Assembly (NCBI GenBank): GCA_964036045.1
Contig: OZ038378.1
Span: 180,606,001 to 180,670,000 of the forward strand
Direction of reading: 5' to 3'
DNA: 64,000 bases
DNA from: Eutreptiella sp. 'Long Island Sound 2002'
Taxonomy: Eukaryota; Protista; Euglenida
Below the pieces are notes generated by a model, which was given only the letters and a program-made list of their open reading frames with translations, did not search any database and was not told the origin of the DNA. Below, piece by piece: positions 11,500 through 27,240 of the stretch. The first letter of the stretch is position 1, and every line of letters starts with the position of its first letter. Made by a program: the position numbers and the translations under genes.

Positions 11500-11829
11500 G
11501 TGCATTAATTTATTTGATTGCCAATCTGAAAAAACTGCACTGAGCTGCACGGATGAGCAGCTGACTGCAGATTTTGTATCGCAGCCTGTCGTTGTTGGAA
11601 TCAGTGCAGGGTGTTTGTGGAGAGCCAGGTAGGGAAAGGGGACCGGTGGAACAGTTTTTTTTTTTTCAGAAAAACAAAAAAAAACATATTACCATTCAGC
11701 AGCAAGCAACTCATACGACGGAAGCAGTGGTACTGGCAGAGCTATCGAGAAATGGGGGCGCATGGTGAGAACGTATACCGCAAAATTCAGCATGCACACA
11801 AGTCGGGGTGGGGGGGGGGTGCATTAATT
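11500..11829. mobile_element. Candidate ~308-bp nested insertion flanked by an 11-bp direct repeat
   Basis: GTGCATTAATT at 11500-11510 and 11819-11829. The interior contains a T-run followed by an A-run near 11654-11683. Confidence 0.4.
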
Positions 11830-12041
11830 AAGAGGTGGAGCACATGGTGGAGGCCAGCGCGGAGGTTCAGGCCGGCTCTGCTGCCTACTAGGCGTGAGAG
11901 GGGGATCCCTGCGGCTGGTGGTGGGGCGATCGGGGGTGGGTCTGATAATGGCCCGCCTCTTGAACACAGTGACCTACCGGGACGTCCAGTGGTAGGCTCA
12001 GGCTAAGGCCTGGTGCGTCCGCAAGCATGAAGCATGAAGCA

Positions 12042-13987
<1,946 letters not shown>

Positions 13988-14228
13988 AAAATTGTTGACC
14001 ACTGAATCTGTCTGGGAGCCCAGAAATTAGGGGTTCTGGACAACAGCGTGCCACATACACATGCAACTTCAAGAACTAAGGACCATATGTCGTGCCTTCA
14101 ATGCTATCGCTCACGCACCATTTGCGAAACACAGCACAACAAAGTGGTTGAGTGTGAGTCCTCGTCAGGTGGGTCGTCAAACAACAAGCAAATTCACACA
14201 TCCCCCCTACGCGGGCGTACACATACAC

Positions 14229-14263
<35 letters not shown>

Positions 14264-15728
14264 AACACACACAACATAAGAACTAAGAGCCATGCGTACA
14301 TCCTGTCTTGTTGTCATGCGATTGTACACACCCACCCACCCACTTACCCACGCCCACACCCACACACCCACACACTTGTCTCATACTCACACAGACGCAC
14401 CCATGCTGAACTGCACACCTGCATCATTGAACAACAGCAGCACAAACATGACCGGCGTAGGAACGTGTAACAGCAGCCTCCCCCCACGAGCAGCAACCTT
14501 CCCAAATGATGCCTGCAGCTCAGCTGATCCCTGTGCAGGAGGCGTTCGACTGGGCACACATCTGCATGGGGCAAACACAACACCCCGACTGAGAAAAGTC
14601 ACGCAATGGATCATGAAAAGCTGTAGGAACTGGTCCAGTGGGGTCAACAGGAAGGACCTAAAACACAACCATCTCAATTTCGTTGGCACTATGGCAATTT
14701 GGCAATATGGGCATCCACCTTGGCGGCACAGTTTGGGTACTATTTTGGCTCACATTCCATTTCGAGGAACCATGCCCAAGCTACTCTACTCGGAAAAAAT
14801 GCACATGCACCGTCTAAAGAGGCTGGGTAACAAACAATCATCAAATGAAAATGAACAACACATCCATTTCGCAGTGAGTGCATTCCAGGACTTTGACCCG
14901 TTCGAAAATAATCAGGAGACTATTTTGTCCCGTAACATTTGGTCACAGGCACCGAATCTTGTTTTCAAATTTCCCACAATTCAAACTTTTGGCTGCTTTG
15001 GAAGCGGTTGGTAGGACTCCAAGAGTCCTCCTAACAAATTGTTTTCAAAGCGTGCTTTGGGATCTGAGCCACGGAGAGTAGCCAGAAATAAAAAATCAAA
15101 AAGCACTGTAAACAAGTTGTGACGGATCTTGAGAGGCTGAGCCTTCCCCAGCTGGCTGAGGCTGAGCCTTCCTGAAAAATATCCTGATTAGGAGAACGGG
15201 GCGTGGGGGCAGTCTGAAAGAGCGAAGGTACATACGATGGCTGGAGGGCGTTAAGGGGTGGATTTGGTATGATTTTGTTATAGGGGCATGCCCCCCTCCA
15301 CCTATCTCAATGTGAAGGCTGAAAGCCCTCGCATGGAAGTACACGCAGCGCGGCAGAACGCGCAATGAAGCAACTTGTGAGCAGTGGCACAGACACAACA
15401 TTCTCACAATTAAAAGTGCCACCCCCTCCCCTGCCCCATAGAACCGACCTCGAGCAACGAAGACGGGTTATAGAAAAGACATGGCACTGGGTACCGATTC
15501 CGATACCACACGACGCATTTTACCACCGCCCACAGTGTTGAGTGCTGGGGGGAAGTTAGACTGCACTCGAAGGATGACAAGAAAGACGAAAGATAGATAA
15601 GATGGACCCAGAAGGAACGCAAAACTCATGCAGGCCCAACTGTGAGGGGATTCCCGCAGTTTCCATGCAGCCTATGAGGGATGAAAGCAAGAAGGGGTTC
15701 ACCAGCCGAGGAAGCAGGATGAGATGAC

Positions 15729-15842
15729 GGCCGCAGTAGAGCGTCTTGTACGCCTCCGAGAACTGTCCCCAATCCTGCATCAAACCATCGGGAAGCTGGA
15801 GCACCTTGCGGCACAAATCTTGATGCTCTGCTGCAGTGATTC
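15729..15842 (-). CDS. Probable internal exon of a minus-strand host gene (ITAAEHQDLCRKVLQLPDGLMQDWGQFSEAYKTLYCG)
   Basis: Good acceptor CTTTCTCAG, open frame and protein-like composition, but a weak donor. Confidence 0.35.
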
Positions 15843-16859
15843 CTGAGAAAGCGGCATTTGGCATCAGATCAATAAAGCGGCTGTGTTTGGCTCTGTTTGG
15901 CCCGTGTGTGTAACTGTGTGTGGGTTGTGTGGCCATGTGTGGCTGTGGATGGCCGTGTGTGGCTGTGTATGGCTGCATGGGGCTGTGCCAAAAGCAATGA
16001 TGCAGAAAGGAAGTGGCTGGGGCTACCCACAGTAATGGTAGATGGGTGGGCCCTTACTCTGGACCCTAAGCAAGACTGAGCATTTGGGGCAGTTTCGGTC
16101 ACATAAAACGCCCTCCTCAAAGGATTGGATGTCCATGGTTCAAGAACTCGATTTTCAAAATCTGAAGTGGCTCCCCATCAGTTTTGAAACAAAACCATTT
16201 TTGAGTGCTTTTGACCGTTGTGTGATGCTTGGTAACCCTACCTTAGCATGTTCACAATGTACCATTCCACAATGCCAATGGCCCACTGAAGTGCATTTTC
16301 GGGCTTTGTGGGGACAACTAAGGCCATAATTTGGGTTCTCATGGTCTGAATACAGCATTTTTGGTGCCTGAGAAGGTTCTTCAACGGGTTTGGAAAGAAA
16401 AATAGCCACCACCTGTTTTCATTTTAAATGCAAAAATGGGCCCTAAAAGGTGCCCATCTCCACCCAAAACACTTGAAAATGGCTGTTTTTGGTAAATTCT
16501 AACAGATTCTTAGACCTAGGACTGCCTCTTGTTGCATTCTCCCCTGGCCACCATTGTTCAGCTTCTTGCTTGAACCTCCTCAGCCGAAATCTGGGCTGAA
16601 TCCCAACCACCACAAGAAAATTCTGATTTTTTGTTGCTTTGTGTGTGCTACTTGCTTCTTGCTACTTGCTGCCACTTGCTCCTCACCCAAACCCAAAAGA
16701 GAGTTCCAAAACCTCACTGGATTGATCGGCTCAGTGAAACCATCGTTCGTCCTAGTGTAGTGTGACATGAGCAAGAGGCCAGCTCCTCCTAGATCTATGG
16801 CACCACCATGACAATGCGCACTGCCCTCGTAGCAAAGTCCTTTAGTATGGGGCATGTGA

Positions 16860-18330
16860 GCAGCATGCCATAGAATCCGTCATTTCATTGTCACAATGCA
16901 TGTGGGTAGTGGGTGGTGCAACCCTCTAGTACAGTGTCACAACATATGTGGGCAATGGGTAATGGAATACTTCAGCACACTGTCGCAACAGTCGGTAGTG
17001 GAATCCTTTGTAGACAACTATGCTGTGCTGCATGTGGGCAGTGGGTCGTGGAATCCTTGAACGCACTGCCACACTGCTAGCAAGCGGAGGGTAGGGGAAC
17101 CCTTGAGTCTAGTTGGGTTGAAGGCAATGCAATCTCCCAATATGTTGCCACACTAAAGGTAGGTAGTGGGCTGTCAAACTCTTGCACACACAGCCACATT
17201 ACATGTGGGCATGGGTCACAAGAGCCTTGCATTGCATGGTGACACTAACGATGGGCTGTGGGTAGTGAACTTGTGCAACACATTGCCAACTACAGTTCTG
17301 TAGTGGGCATGGAATCCTTTGTACTCTACCACACCGCATGTAGGTGGTGGGAAATCAAACTCTGTGTACACTGGATATTGAGTGTGGAGGCGGGCAATGG
17401 ATAGTGGAAGCTTTTCTATATCACCATGTTGTAGATGGGCAGTGGGCATCGAAATCCTTCAGTTTGGGGCTAGGTTGCATGTGGGCAGTGGGTAAAAGAA
17501 TCCTTTAGCGCACTACCACACTATGTATGATTAGTAGGACATGGAATCCTTCACTATACTAGCAAACTACATGTGGGCACATGGCACCAAAACTCTGTAA
17601 TACACCGCCACACTCCATGTGGGCAGGCGGCAGTAGAATCCACAACAAAGATTCTCAGGCATCCAAGATTGGTCTACCAAAATGTATCCGTGATTTTCCC
17701 TGATTTTTTGGATGGTCTAGATGGCCTCAAAATGGATGCTGTTATTCTTGGGAAGTCTTAGAATGGATGATGTTATTTCTTGTAGATATTTGGATGGATA
17801 CCATCAATTCTTAGAGTCTCCAGATGAATGTTATCATTTCTAATTCTGAATCATTTTTGTCATGTGTTAGAGGCTTCTAGATGATTGCAACTATTTCTTA
17901 GAGGTCTCGAGATGGATGCTGTTATGGTTTCATTCTAGATCGCAGCTAGGCATGCTATAATTGGGTACAACTAACTAAGTAGTAAACCGTACACAACACA
18001 TAGCACATATAGCAACATGATGACATGTGGATAGTGGGCAGCAGAATCTCCTACTAAGTTGTGGGCATGACACATGGATCGTGGAAATGACACAACAAGT
18101 GGACAGTGGGCAGTGGACTCCTTGAGCATAGTGCATGTGGGCAGTGAGCAAGCGAATATTCTGCTAAAATGCAAGTGGGTAGGTGAAAATGAAATCTGTT
18201 AGTACTACCACACTGTATGTGGCCGTTGGGCAGTGGGTGCCTTCTGCACACTGCCACATTGCGTGTGGCCAGTGGGCCATATCATCCCTCGGCACAGTGT
18301 TGCAGCACAAATGGGCAATAAGTAGTAAGA
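16860..18330. repeat. Degenerate tandem repeat region
   Basis: Recurring CATGTGGGCAGTGGG...GGAATCCTT...CACTGCCACAC units. A second degenerate unit (GATGGATGCTGTTATTTCTTAG-like) occupies about 17700-17940. Confidence 0.75.
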
Positions 18331-21256
18331 GCCCTGCTGCACGGCGTCCCTAAGAGTCTGGTTGAGGAGGAGCATGTCCATATTGCCCTCTGGGTACGTG
18401 AATAGACAACGCTTCAAGTGAAGCCACTCATGGCCACCAGGTGCAGTTGAGCTGGAGCCCTTCCACTGCAGGCCCCACTAGCATGAGATGCTGTCTTTAC
18501 TGTTGCCGAATGCTGGAAGCAATTTTTTTTTTGCGCACTTGCCCCTTGGAAACCCCTTGCCCCCAACACCTGTCGCATCTTGCATGGCCGGTGCTAGAGA
18601 GGGCTGGAGGCTGCACAACACACCTCTTGGCATCCTACCATGGGCACACTGTCAGAATACCCCCATTCCCACCCAAAGGGGGTCCCGAAGGGGGGCTGCA
18701 ACTCCGGCCTGGACGAAACCCTCTTTTCACCTCGGCAACAATGTACAGTGCTCTAAACATCAGGAGAGGCACCAATCGCTGACCTGCGGGCATCCGCTGT
18801 CCCAAATGGTCTACCCAATATGGCAGCCAACACAGGAGCCAACCCCCCGTTTTGGGGACCCAGATTCTCCGAATCAGCCCAACCCCTCAACCCGAATCAG
18901 TGGATCAGTGGAACGGGCAGTATGCTGTAAACTACTACTTACTGTCGTGTGCCTTGGTCTGCAGGTGGTCGCACACTCCCCTGCAGGGATGCACGTGAGG
19001 TGAGGTGGGGCTAAAGAGGGGGCAGCGAGAGTGTTTGAAGCAGGTACTGACGGTTGGAAGGCACAGTTGGAAGGCGGGTACAAACGGGTTGGATCAGCCG
19101 TCGTTGGGAGCGACAGCAGCAGTTAGCAGGGCTTACCGTCATCTCAAGATTGGGGAGGGGGGTTACCCCTGCCCCGCTTTGAGCGCAAGCCTGCTCCCTG
19201 CATGTGGTCAATATAACATCATATGTATAACATCTCTAAACAGGGTTCAGAAAGGTTGATATCTGTGCAGAGGTTCGTTGACCTGGTGTTTGGTGCATTG
19301 CCCTTATCCCAAATCCTGCCAGAGTCCTGCATACCCATGCATGGAAAATCGGCACTGTCCTGGACTGGGGCTGCGTGCAGCAGCTTGGAAGCCACACTCT
19401 GTGCTTCACCAGAGTCTGCAAAGCACGAGTACGGCCACAAATGAGAGGCATATAAGCGGACCCGGAGCTGGAAATTGCCCATCCCCTAAAACACAGATGA
19501 AACAGTACAGAAATCGAAAGGAAAAAGACAGTGGACCACTTTGGTTTCGCCGGGTTGGTCAAAGATTTAGTCTCCGTGCTTTGGCATCGAAATAAAACAG
19601 GAGCGAGGGGTGCATGTCTCTTGGGGACATTCATGATATGCCAACACGGAGCGTTTTGGCACTTTTTGGGAAGTTTTGCCAGTTTTGCTCCGATGTGTAG
19701 AAGTAAAGACACCCTCCCTATTTTGAGGGTGGGGAAAGCCTGGGAGGTATGTAGATGGGTAGGGGCAGGGGGGTTCTCGGAAATCGGATACCGTGCTTCC
19801 TGCTTAAAAAACCCCCCAGACCCAAATTTAAAAAAGGGGGGTTTGGGGGGCGGGGGGGTTGCAGGGGGTTTTTCGTTGCGCGGGAGTATTGTCCGCGGGA
19901 AGGGCACCCCGGCCCCCCAAACCCCCCCCATGAAATACATAGTGTCGGGCACCTCCGAACAGTTGGGTATGCGGCCCAGGTGTGATACGACAATTCGCAC
20001 CGCCCCTACCAACGTCTATGGTAGGGTTTCATCGGCTTGGGTATTTCCGGCCATGGGTACCAGAAACCTCGGGACTGTGGGTCTCCGAGGCGGTCATGGG
20101 GTTCGAAATACACCATAGGGTTAGAATTGCAGCATGGGGGTTCAAATGCATCAAGGTTGGTCATGGGGTTCGGAATGCATCATGGGGTTAGAAATACACC
20201 ATGGGGTGAGAAGTGCGTCAAGGGGAGGGCATAAAAGAAGGGGTGTGTGTGTGACTATACTGGTCGGCCGACGCAACTCGGGAGGCCCTTAAGGCTATGG
20301 CGGGCCAGGCCTCCCTCCCTGCGCCATTGTGTGGGCCTTCCGGTCCTAGTGTGCATGCTACTAAAAGGGAAGGAGAGGGAGAGCGAGGAGGTGTAGGGGG
20401 TGGGCCATGAGGCAACGGAAACTGGGCTCGCATACGCCCCCGTGTCACAGGCGCATGGTCATAACCACATTGTTCAGTGTTTCTCTTGCTGCACTGCAGC
20501 GCAGACCAGTTTTGTACCACACCAGGTGGTTGCTGACTGTGCTTTGGCTTCGGTCCTCTGGACACTGAGGTCAGCTCGCACCCACCACCCTCCCACAGTG
20601 CCGGTTAGTCTCTAACCCTTGCCCTGCAGGTCGTGCCCCTGTCAAGCACTTGCTCTCTGGCACATGAGGACGTGTCGTACCCGAACCTCGGGGGCGCAAA
20701 GGCGCCTTTGGTGGCGCAAAGGCGTCTCAACATTTCAACAAAAGCTCCGGCTGCCGGACACCTCAACAGATCATTGCTGTACTGTGTGTGGCGCTTACCT
20801 TTTCAGCACCACACCATGCGTGCACAAGCCGCCCATATTTTCATGCCCACTCGCTTCCAACGCCCTCACATGGGCCGCATTCTCGCGGCCCTTGCCATGC
20901 TTCGGCTTTCCAACACGTAACGACGTGTCGCGCCTGTGCTCCAGGGGCGCAATGGCGCCCTGTTATTTCCCCATTATACTGCTCTGTGCTGCCTTGGCGT
21001 CCCATACACCCTGGTCAGCTCGAACCCACCACCCTCCCTTTGCGCCGGTTAGCCCCCAACTCTTGCTCTGTGGGTCTCTCTCCCCCTCTCTCCCTCTCAT
21101 TCTCTCCCGCTCTCTCTCCTGCGCCCCACTCTCTCTTTCTCTCCTCTCCGTTCCTGTAGGGGGTGGGGGAGGTATCTGTTTGTGACGTGTGTGTGCATGT
21201 AGCTCCGCCTACTTCTTCCACCCTGACGTCTTCACCGTGCAACGCTTCTTAGCACT

Positions 21257-23400
21257 TTACTTGGGAGTGGTGATGGGCCGCTTTGTGCCCTTGCCGGGCA
21301 CAGCTTTCTTTTGGGGGAGAACTTCCACCCTGGAAGAAGAGGTAGAAGAGGAAGAAGATGAGGAAGAAGAGGAGCTATTACCATCTTCGGAAGGTGCGGA
21401 ACTCTCGTTACCGCTTGACGAATCATGATCTGCGGAAGACCCAGATTCCACAGAGCTTGCATCCTCCTCCGGTTTCCACTCCCAATCGGAGCGGCCAAGA
21501 GAGGCTTCAGAGAAGGATGCACTCTCGTTGTCGACCGCCTTTGCCACTTTCAAAGTGATCTTGGGCTTCATCACCATGGGGATTTTTTTGGCTTGCCCCT
21601 TTTTTCTCATCGGCCTGGCTCACTACAACCCATTCCGTCAAATCAACGTTGTTTGGTGCCACGGTTGGATGGCACCGTGCCAAGTGAGTTTTGATGTTCA
21701 AAACCCACGGGGTGGCACTGCACCCGGGAATAGGACATTCACGGGGCATGTTTTCTTGTTTGCGCATGGCCACTGCGAGCTTCAATGGGACCACACACGG
21801 GCATGTGCTACTGATTTTCTTGCGCACAATACTTGTGGTACATGTGCCTGTTGTGCGTGTGCGCCCACGGAAACCACAAGGTTCGACCTCACCACGCATC
21901 CTTGGGTCAGTTACCACCTCTCCCTTCTGCAAGTGCACTGCCACATGATTGCGCATCCTTGCCAAAGCAATGGCCGCTCCACAAAACAAACAAAATTCTG
22001 TTGCTTCCGCGGGCCGCACACTAGTATGTGCCACACCAGCGAATGGCTCTGCACGCAACTGAGGACAATTGGGCACCTTTGCGGTTTTCACAAAGGCAGA
22101 CAGGGGCCCACTGGAATGAGCCAGCGACCATCGGCATCCATTCGGGCATCAAAAAAAACCACATGCCCCTTCCGAAACTCACATTCCAGACCAAACTATC
22201 CCGTCCACCGCAACAAAGTTGGACTGGTCATTGCGACAAAAGGCAAAAATTGACATGTCAAGGGGATGGCATGTCCTGTTGCAAGTGCCTCCTTCGTAGT
22301 ACCATAAACCCGTGCACCGTCAACGGTGCACCATGAAAAACTAAACGTGCCCGAGCCCCATATGAAGGTCACAACTGCAAGAAAGATAGCACCGACCGTG
22401 ACTGCGTCCTCATCAAAATTGCAATTGTCAGGCAATGCAACATTGTTTACATTCGTGGGGGTTTGGCCAAACCGGGCGGTTTGTGCCGTGCACCGCAGCC
22501 GATCGGTTGACGCATGTTCAACATTGCCGTTGAAATACTCATTAACAAGTTGTGTAATATGCAAGGTGTGCCCATTGGCGCATGGGACATAGGCTCGATT
22601 CTGGTCAGAACCATGACAACGCAGCCACGATTCCAGGGAACAAGCATCGGTAGGATCGCTATCCTCCATTCCTTTGGTGTCCGGGGCAGTCTCCAAAAAT
22701 TCGTCTTCTTTGTCCAACACAAGGGGTGCACCACATGGTTTCAAAAGGGTTGCACCGCTTTGGAAAAGAGATTCCAAGACATTGTGCGCAGATGAGCCAA
22801 TCTGTGGGTGTTGCTCAAGGATGGTTGTGGCACGTGTTGTACCCCTTTCCCAAACTTTTTTCAAATCAACACTTTGCACACTACAATTTGCAGTGTACTG
22901 AAGTGGAGTCAATCGATCAGTGGCGTAGCGCTCATGCCGCTTGCGCCAATCAGGATGTGCCAAAAAAATGTCTTGGATGTCCAAAGCAGCACACAAGAAA
23001 CACATGGAAACGCCGGGACACAAAGGAGCAACAGATCTGATGCATGGTGAAGAACGGTTGTGTGGTCGAGGATAAGGATGCAAGGGAAGCAACCTCCAAA
23101 TGATTGGACAACTGCAACGCTTCAGCTGCCTCGGAGGAGGTAGCACCGCTCGAATTGTTGTCGGCCCCCAAAATAGCATGAGCTGTAGTGGCGACACACG
23201 TGGCGTACAAGACGGAGTATGCTGTCATAGCCAATGACCCGCAAGTGAGGGTAGTACCCAAAAGCATAGCAATACTGGAGCACGCCCTCCTGCAACCCAC
23301 AATACCCAATTGATATTGTGTGCTAGTGCACACGAGACCTTGTACTCGTGTTTTCCCCACGGCCGTAGGCAGCAACTCGTCACGCGACATTAGATAGTGT
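21257..23400 (-). pseudogene. Decayed DNA-transposase-like gene with a C-terminal Cys/His cluster and acidic/basic tail
   Basis: Frameshifted segments: YYPHL...YD, ALDIQDIFLAHPDWRKR, CLFC...HVAVH, PCGF, CPIPGC...W..NIKTHLARCHP, then an S/E-rich and K-rich tail. The resemblance to P-element/THAP9-like C-termini is from memory and unverified. Confidence 0.45.
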
Positions 23401-23508
23401 ACTTTAAGAGCTGTAATGGACAGAAGTTGTATGAAGCATGGAAATGGAATAGCACAAAGGTGTTGTCCCGGATGCCTACCCCTTTTCATCAGGGGGACCG
23501 CCCCTGCG

Positions 23509-24170
23509 ACTCCCTAACTCCAACTCGAGGGGCCACACAACAAAGCGTGCATTGTGAGTCCCTAACCCCAACTCGAGGGGCCACGCAAAAAAGCGTGGAT
23601 TGTGAGTCCCTAACCCCACCTCGAGGGGCTACGCAACAAAGCGAGGAGAGTTCTTGACCCCAACTCGAGGGGCCACGCAACACAACGTGGATTGTGAGTA
23701 CCTAACACCCACTCGAGGGGCTACGCAACAAAGCGAAGATTGTGAGTCCCTAACCCCAACTCGAGGGGCCACACAACAAAGCGTGCATTGTGAGTCCCAA
23801 ACCCCAACTCGAGGGGCTACGCAACAAAGCGAAGATTGTGAGTCCCTAACCCCAACTCGAGGTGCCACGCAAAAAAGCGTGGATTGTGAGTACCTAACCC
23901 CAACTCGAGGGGCTACGCAACAAAGCGTCCATTGTGAGTCCCTAACTCCAACTCGAGGGGCCACACAACAAAGCGTGGATTGTGAGTCCCTAACTCCAAC
24001 TCAAGGGGCCACGCAACAAATCGTGGATTGTGAGTCCCTAACCCCAACTCGAGGGGCCATGCAACAAAGCGTGGATTGTGAGTCCCTCACCGCGACTCGA
24101 GGGGCCACGCAAAAAGGGTGTGGATTCAAAGCCCCGACCCCAACTCAAGGGGCCACGCAACAAATCGTGG
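23509..24170 (+). repeat. 48-bp tandem satellite, ~14 copies, most units containing CCCTAA
   Basis: Unit TCCCTAACCCCAACTCGAGGGGCYACGCAACAAAGCGWRGATTGTGAG. The 16-aa periodicity in the overlapping ORFs confirms 48 bp. Confidence 0.95.
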
Positions 24171-24404
24171 GAAAAAGAAACAAGAAAGCAAGAAAGAATG
24201 CAGTGTGTTCGCCCTAGAAAGAATTTGGCACTGCACTCGTGCCGGGGTTTTGCTCCGAATGCAGGATCTTCACTGCGCAACAAACGACATTTGTACAGCG
24301 GCCTGTCTTGCTAATCTCCGCTAGAAGCACCTCGCAACAAACGACATTTGTATAGCGCCTCCTCTTGCGATATTTGGCGCTCAAAAGCTCTGTTCAAAAG
24401 TGGC

Positions 24405-24790
24405 TACCTCAAAATCAAAATTGGCTGCCTCACCCCTGCCTTCTTGGGGGCCCCCAAGTGGGCGGAAATGCTACCTAACCCCTGCATTCTCGGGGGTCCC
24501 CAGCAAAGGGGACAAAATTTTCGGGCTCCCCGGAGAGGGCGGAATTGCTACGTAACCCCTGCTTTCTCGGGGATCCCCAAAAGGGGGGTATAGACATGGC
24601 CCACGTTGGGCCAGGGCAAAAGGGCCTCTAGGGCCGGTCCTTAAGGGCGGTCTTTAACAAAAAAAAAAATCTCGTCCCTTAAGGACCGCCCTGCCCCTGC
24701 CTTCTCGGGAGTCCAAAAAAGGGCGGAAATGCTACGTCACCCTTGCATTCTGGGGGGTCCCTAGCTAAGGGGACAAAATCAAAAGTGGCT
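24405..24790 (+). repeat. Dispersed satellite-like family (GGCTGCCTCACCCCTGC...GGCGGAAATGCTAC...GGGGACAAAAT)
   Basis: Same motifs recur at about 50315-50612 and 59030-59070. This copy contains an insert with a 13-bp inverted repeat (24635-24647 / 24676-24688). Confidence 0.8.
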
Positions 24791-26319
24791 GAATTGGGGG
24801 CAAGGACCAAACTTTGGATGTGCAGTCCAAAAGAATACCAACAAATTTTTTGTCGCAAAAATGGGGTGTCTACGTCGGAAAACACCCTTAAAACCCCCCA
24901 CAACCCATTTTTATAAGGGGGGGGGGGGTTCAAAACCCCCCACGCTATCGGATTTCTCAGAAACCCCCCCCAATGGGTAGGGGTGGGTTTGGGGACCTAG
25001 TAAGGGGTTGGAAGGGCGAAAAATAGGGCATGGTAGCATCCTACACATACTGATAAAAATGGGCAACTTCGGGACAAAATTGGTGATGTGAGCTAGAAAA
25101 GCGACTGTGGAAGATGAAAATAAGCAAAAGGAACCGGAATGTTCCAAATTCCATGGTATGGGGGTGCCAAAGGGTAGGGATGGGCTACTTTTAGGGGTAA
25201 AAAGGCTATTTCTTACCACTCTAGGTAGAATCTTATCAACGGTGATGTTATGCCCAACTTTTTCATAATTTTGCCTTTGTACAGCTCTGCCGCTGTCCCA
25301 ACCCTCTCCTAAACATAACTTTTTGAACTTACCAACCAAAAATAGGGGGGCACCCCCTGTGTGACATTCCATCTGGCCGTTGTTTCTTTACGGGGCCGTG
25401 GACTGTTCTTCCCTTCACATGTTCCGTCAGGTTGCTGCTTTTTGTCGGTCACTGCAGCCGGTGCTCGTGCTAGTGGCATTTCCGCGTTCGCGGAGCCCGG
25501 TGGTTGGTTTGCCGGGGCTGTGCTGGTTGCGGCGGGTGCTGTTTGTGCGTTAGCAGTGCCCAGTAGTTAGTGTACCAAGGTGGTGCTGATTGTTGTGCCC
25601 CCCCCCCCCCAAATTAGACACCCAGTAATGTAGGCAGACGTGCAGTGCGGTCTGTCTAAAACTTGACCAAAACAGGCAAAAAAAAAACCCAAATTGTCAA
25701 CGGTAACGGCAAATTTTTGAAAAAAAATATGGTTCCGGAACCCTTGCGACCCATACATCTCCGAAACGCCCTTTTCAAGGGCTTCTGAATACACCCAACA
25801 TGCCCTACCTACAGGACACTCATTGGACACAAATGAGGCAACAATGGCTCCGACCCCGAAAACGCTCCGTGATGACATAATTGGCACGGTTCCCGAGAGA
25901 TATGGGTGTGCCCACTGGCTCCTTTTGACACCGTCAGTCTAGTCTCAATAGCTTTTGGGCGCTGACAGTGTTTGAGAGATTCTCTCACTCCATGGTGCAA
26001 CTCGCCGTCACGCGGCCTTGATTGTGGTCGAGTAGCACGACTGGCCATGTTTGTTATTTCCTGTTGTTCTCTTCCGTCGCCCTTTTGTCCGCTTACAAGC
26101 AATGTATTGGGATGCAAACTCCACCCACTCTGCGCTAGACACTGAGCAGCTTTGCTCAAGGACATGGGGGTTCATTGAGGCAAAGGAGCTGCACGAGACA
26201 ACCATAGGATATTATGACCACTAGACCGTTGGTACTTCTTCACGGATGTAATTGTGCCTTAGATATCACTTATGTATTACATCACTTGTGCGCATTGCCA
26301 ACGCATTGCCAACGCATTG

Positions 26320-27240
26320 GGCCTAAGAAATCAGGCCTTGGGAGTGTCTTTTTAAAACCTTTGCATCGGGATTTAGGCCTTGGGACTTTCTTCTTACAAC
26401 CATGGCCTGAGGAGTCACGCCCTGGAATTTTCTTCTGGAGACCTTGGCCTCGGGAGCCAGGCGTTGAGATATTCTGCTTAAAACCTTGGCATCAGAAATC
26501 AGACCTTGGGATTTTCTTCACAAAACCTTGGCCTCAAGAGTCAAGCCTTTGGAGTATCTTCTTAAAACCTTGGCCTTGATAGTAAGGACTTGGGACTTTC
26601 TTCTCACAACGGTGGCCTGCAGAGTCATGCCCAAGGACTTTTTTCTCAAAACCTTGGCCTTAGGAGTCAAGCGGTGGGATTTTATCTTTATATCTTGGCC
26701 TTGAGAGTGAGGCCCTGGGGTTTTTTTCTTAAGACCTTGGCGTACGAAGTCCAGCCCTAAGCTTTTCTTCTTAAAACATTGGCCTCAAGAGTCAGGCCCT
26801 GGGACTTTCTTCTTAACACCTTGGCATCAACATTGAGGTCCTAAGATTTTGTTCTTAAAAACTTGGCCCTAGGACTCAAGCCTTGGGACTTTCTCCTTAA
26901 AACCTTGGCCTCAGGAGTCACACCGTGAGATTTTCTTCTCAAAACCTTGACTTCAGGTCAACCGGTGGGACTTTCTTCTTAAGGCCTTGGGATTATCTTC
27001 GGAAGACGTAGGCCTCAGCTATCAAGCCGTGGGGTTTTCTTCTTAAAACCTTCACCTCAAGAGTCAGGCCTCGGGATTTTCTTCTTGAAACCTTGGCCAA
27101 AGGAGCCACGCTTGGGACTTTCTTCTTAAAACCTTGCCCTGAGGAGTCATGCCCTGGGACTTTCTTCTTAAAATGTTGTTCTCAGGAGTCAAGGCTTGGG
27201 ACTTTCTTATGAAAATCTTGACCTCAAGGGCCAAGCCTTG
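26320..27240 (+). repeat. ~42-bp degenerate tandem satellite, ~22 copies
   Basis: Consensus about CTTGGCCTCAGGAGTCAGGCCCTGGGACTTTCTTCTTAAAAC, with an internal GGCCT...AGGCC stem. Confidence 0.9.

Noticed and set aside
23489-24217. ORFs within the 48-bp and 42-bp satellites
   Set aside because: Periodicity follows the DNA repeat and there is no evidence of coding constraint.
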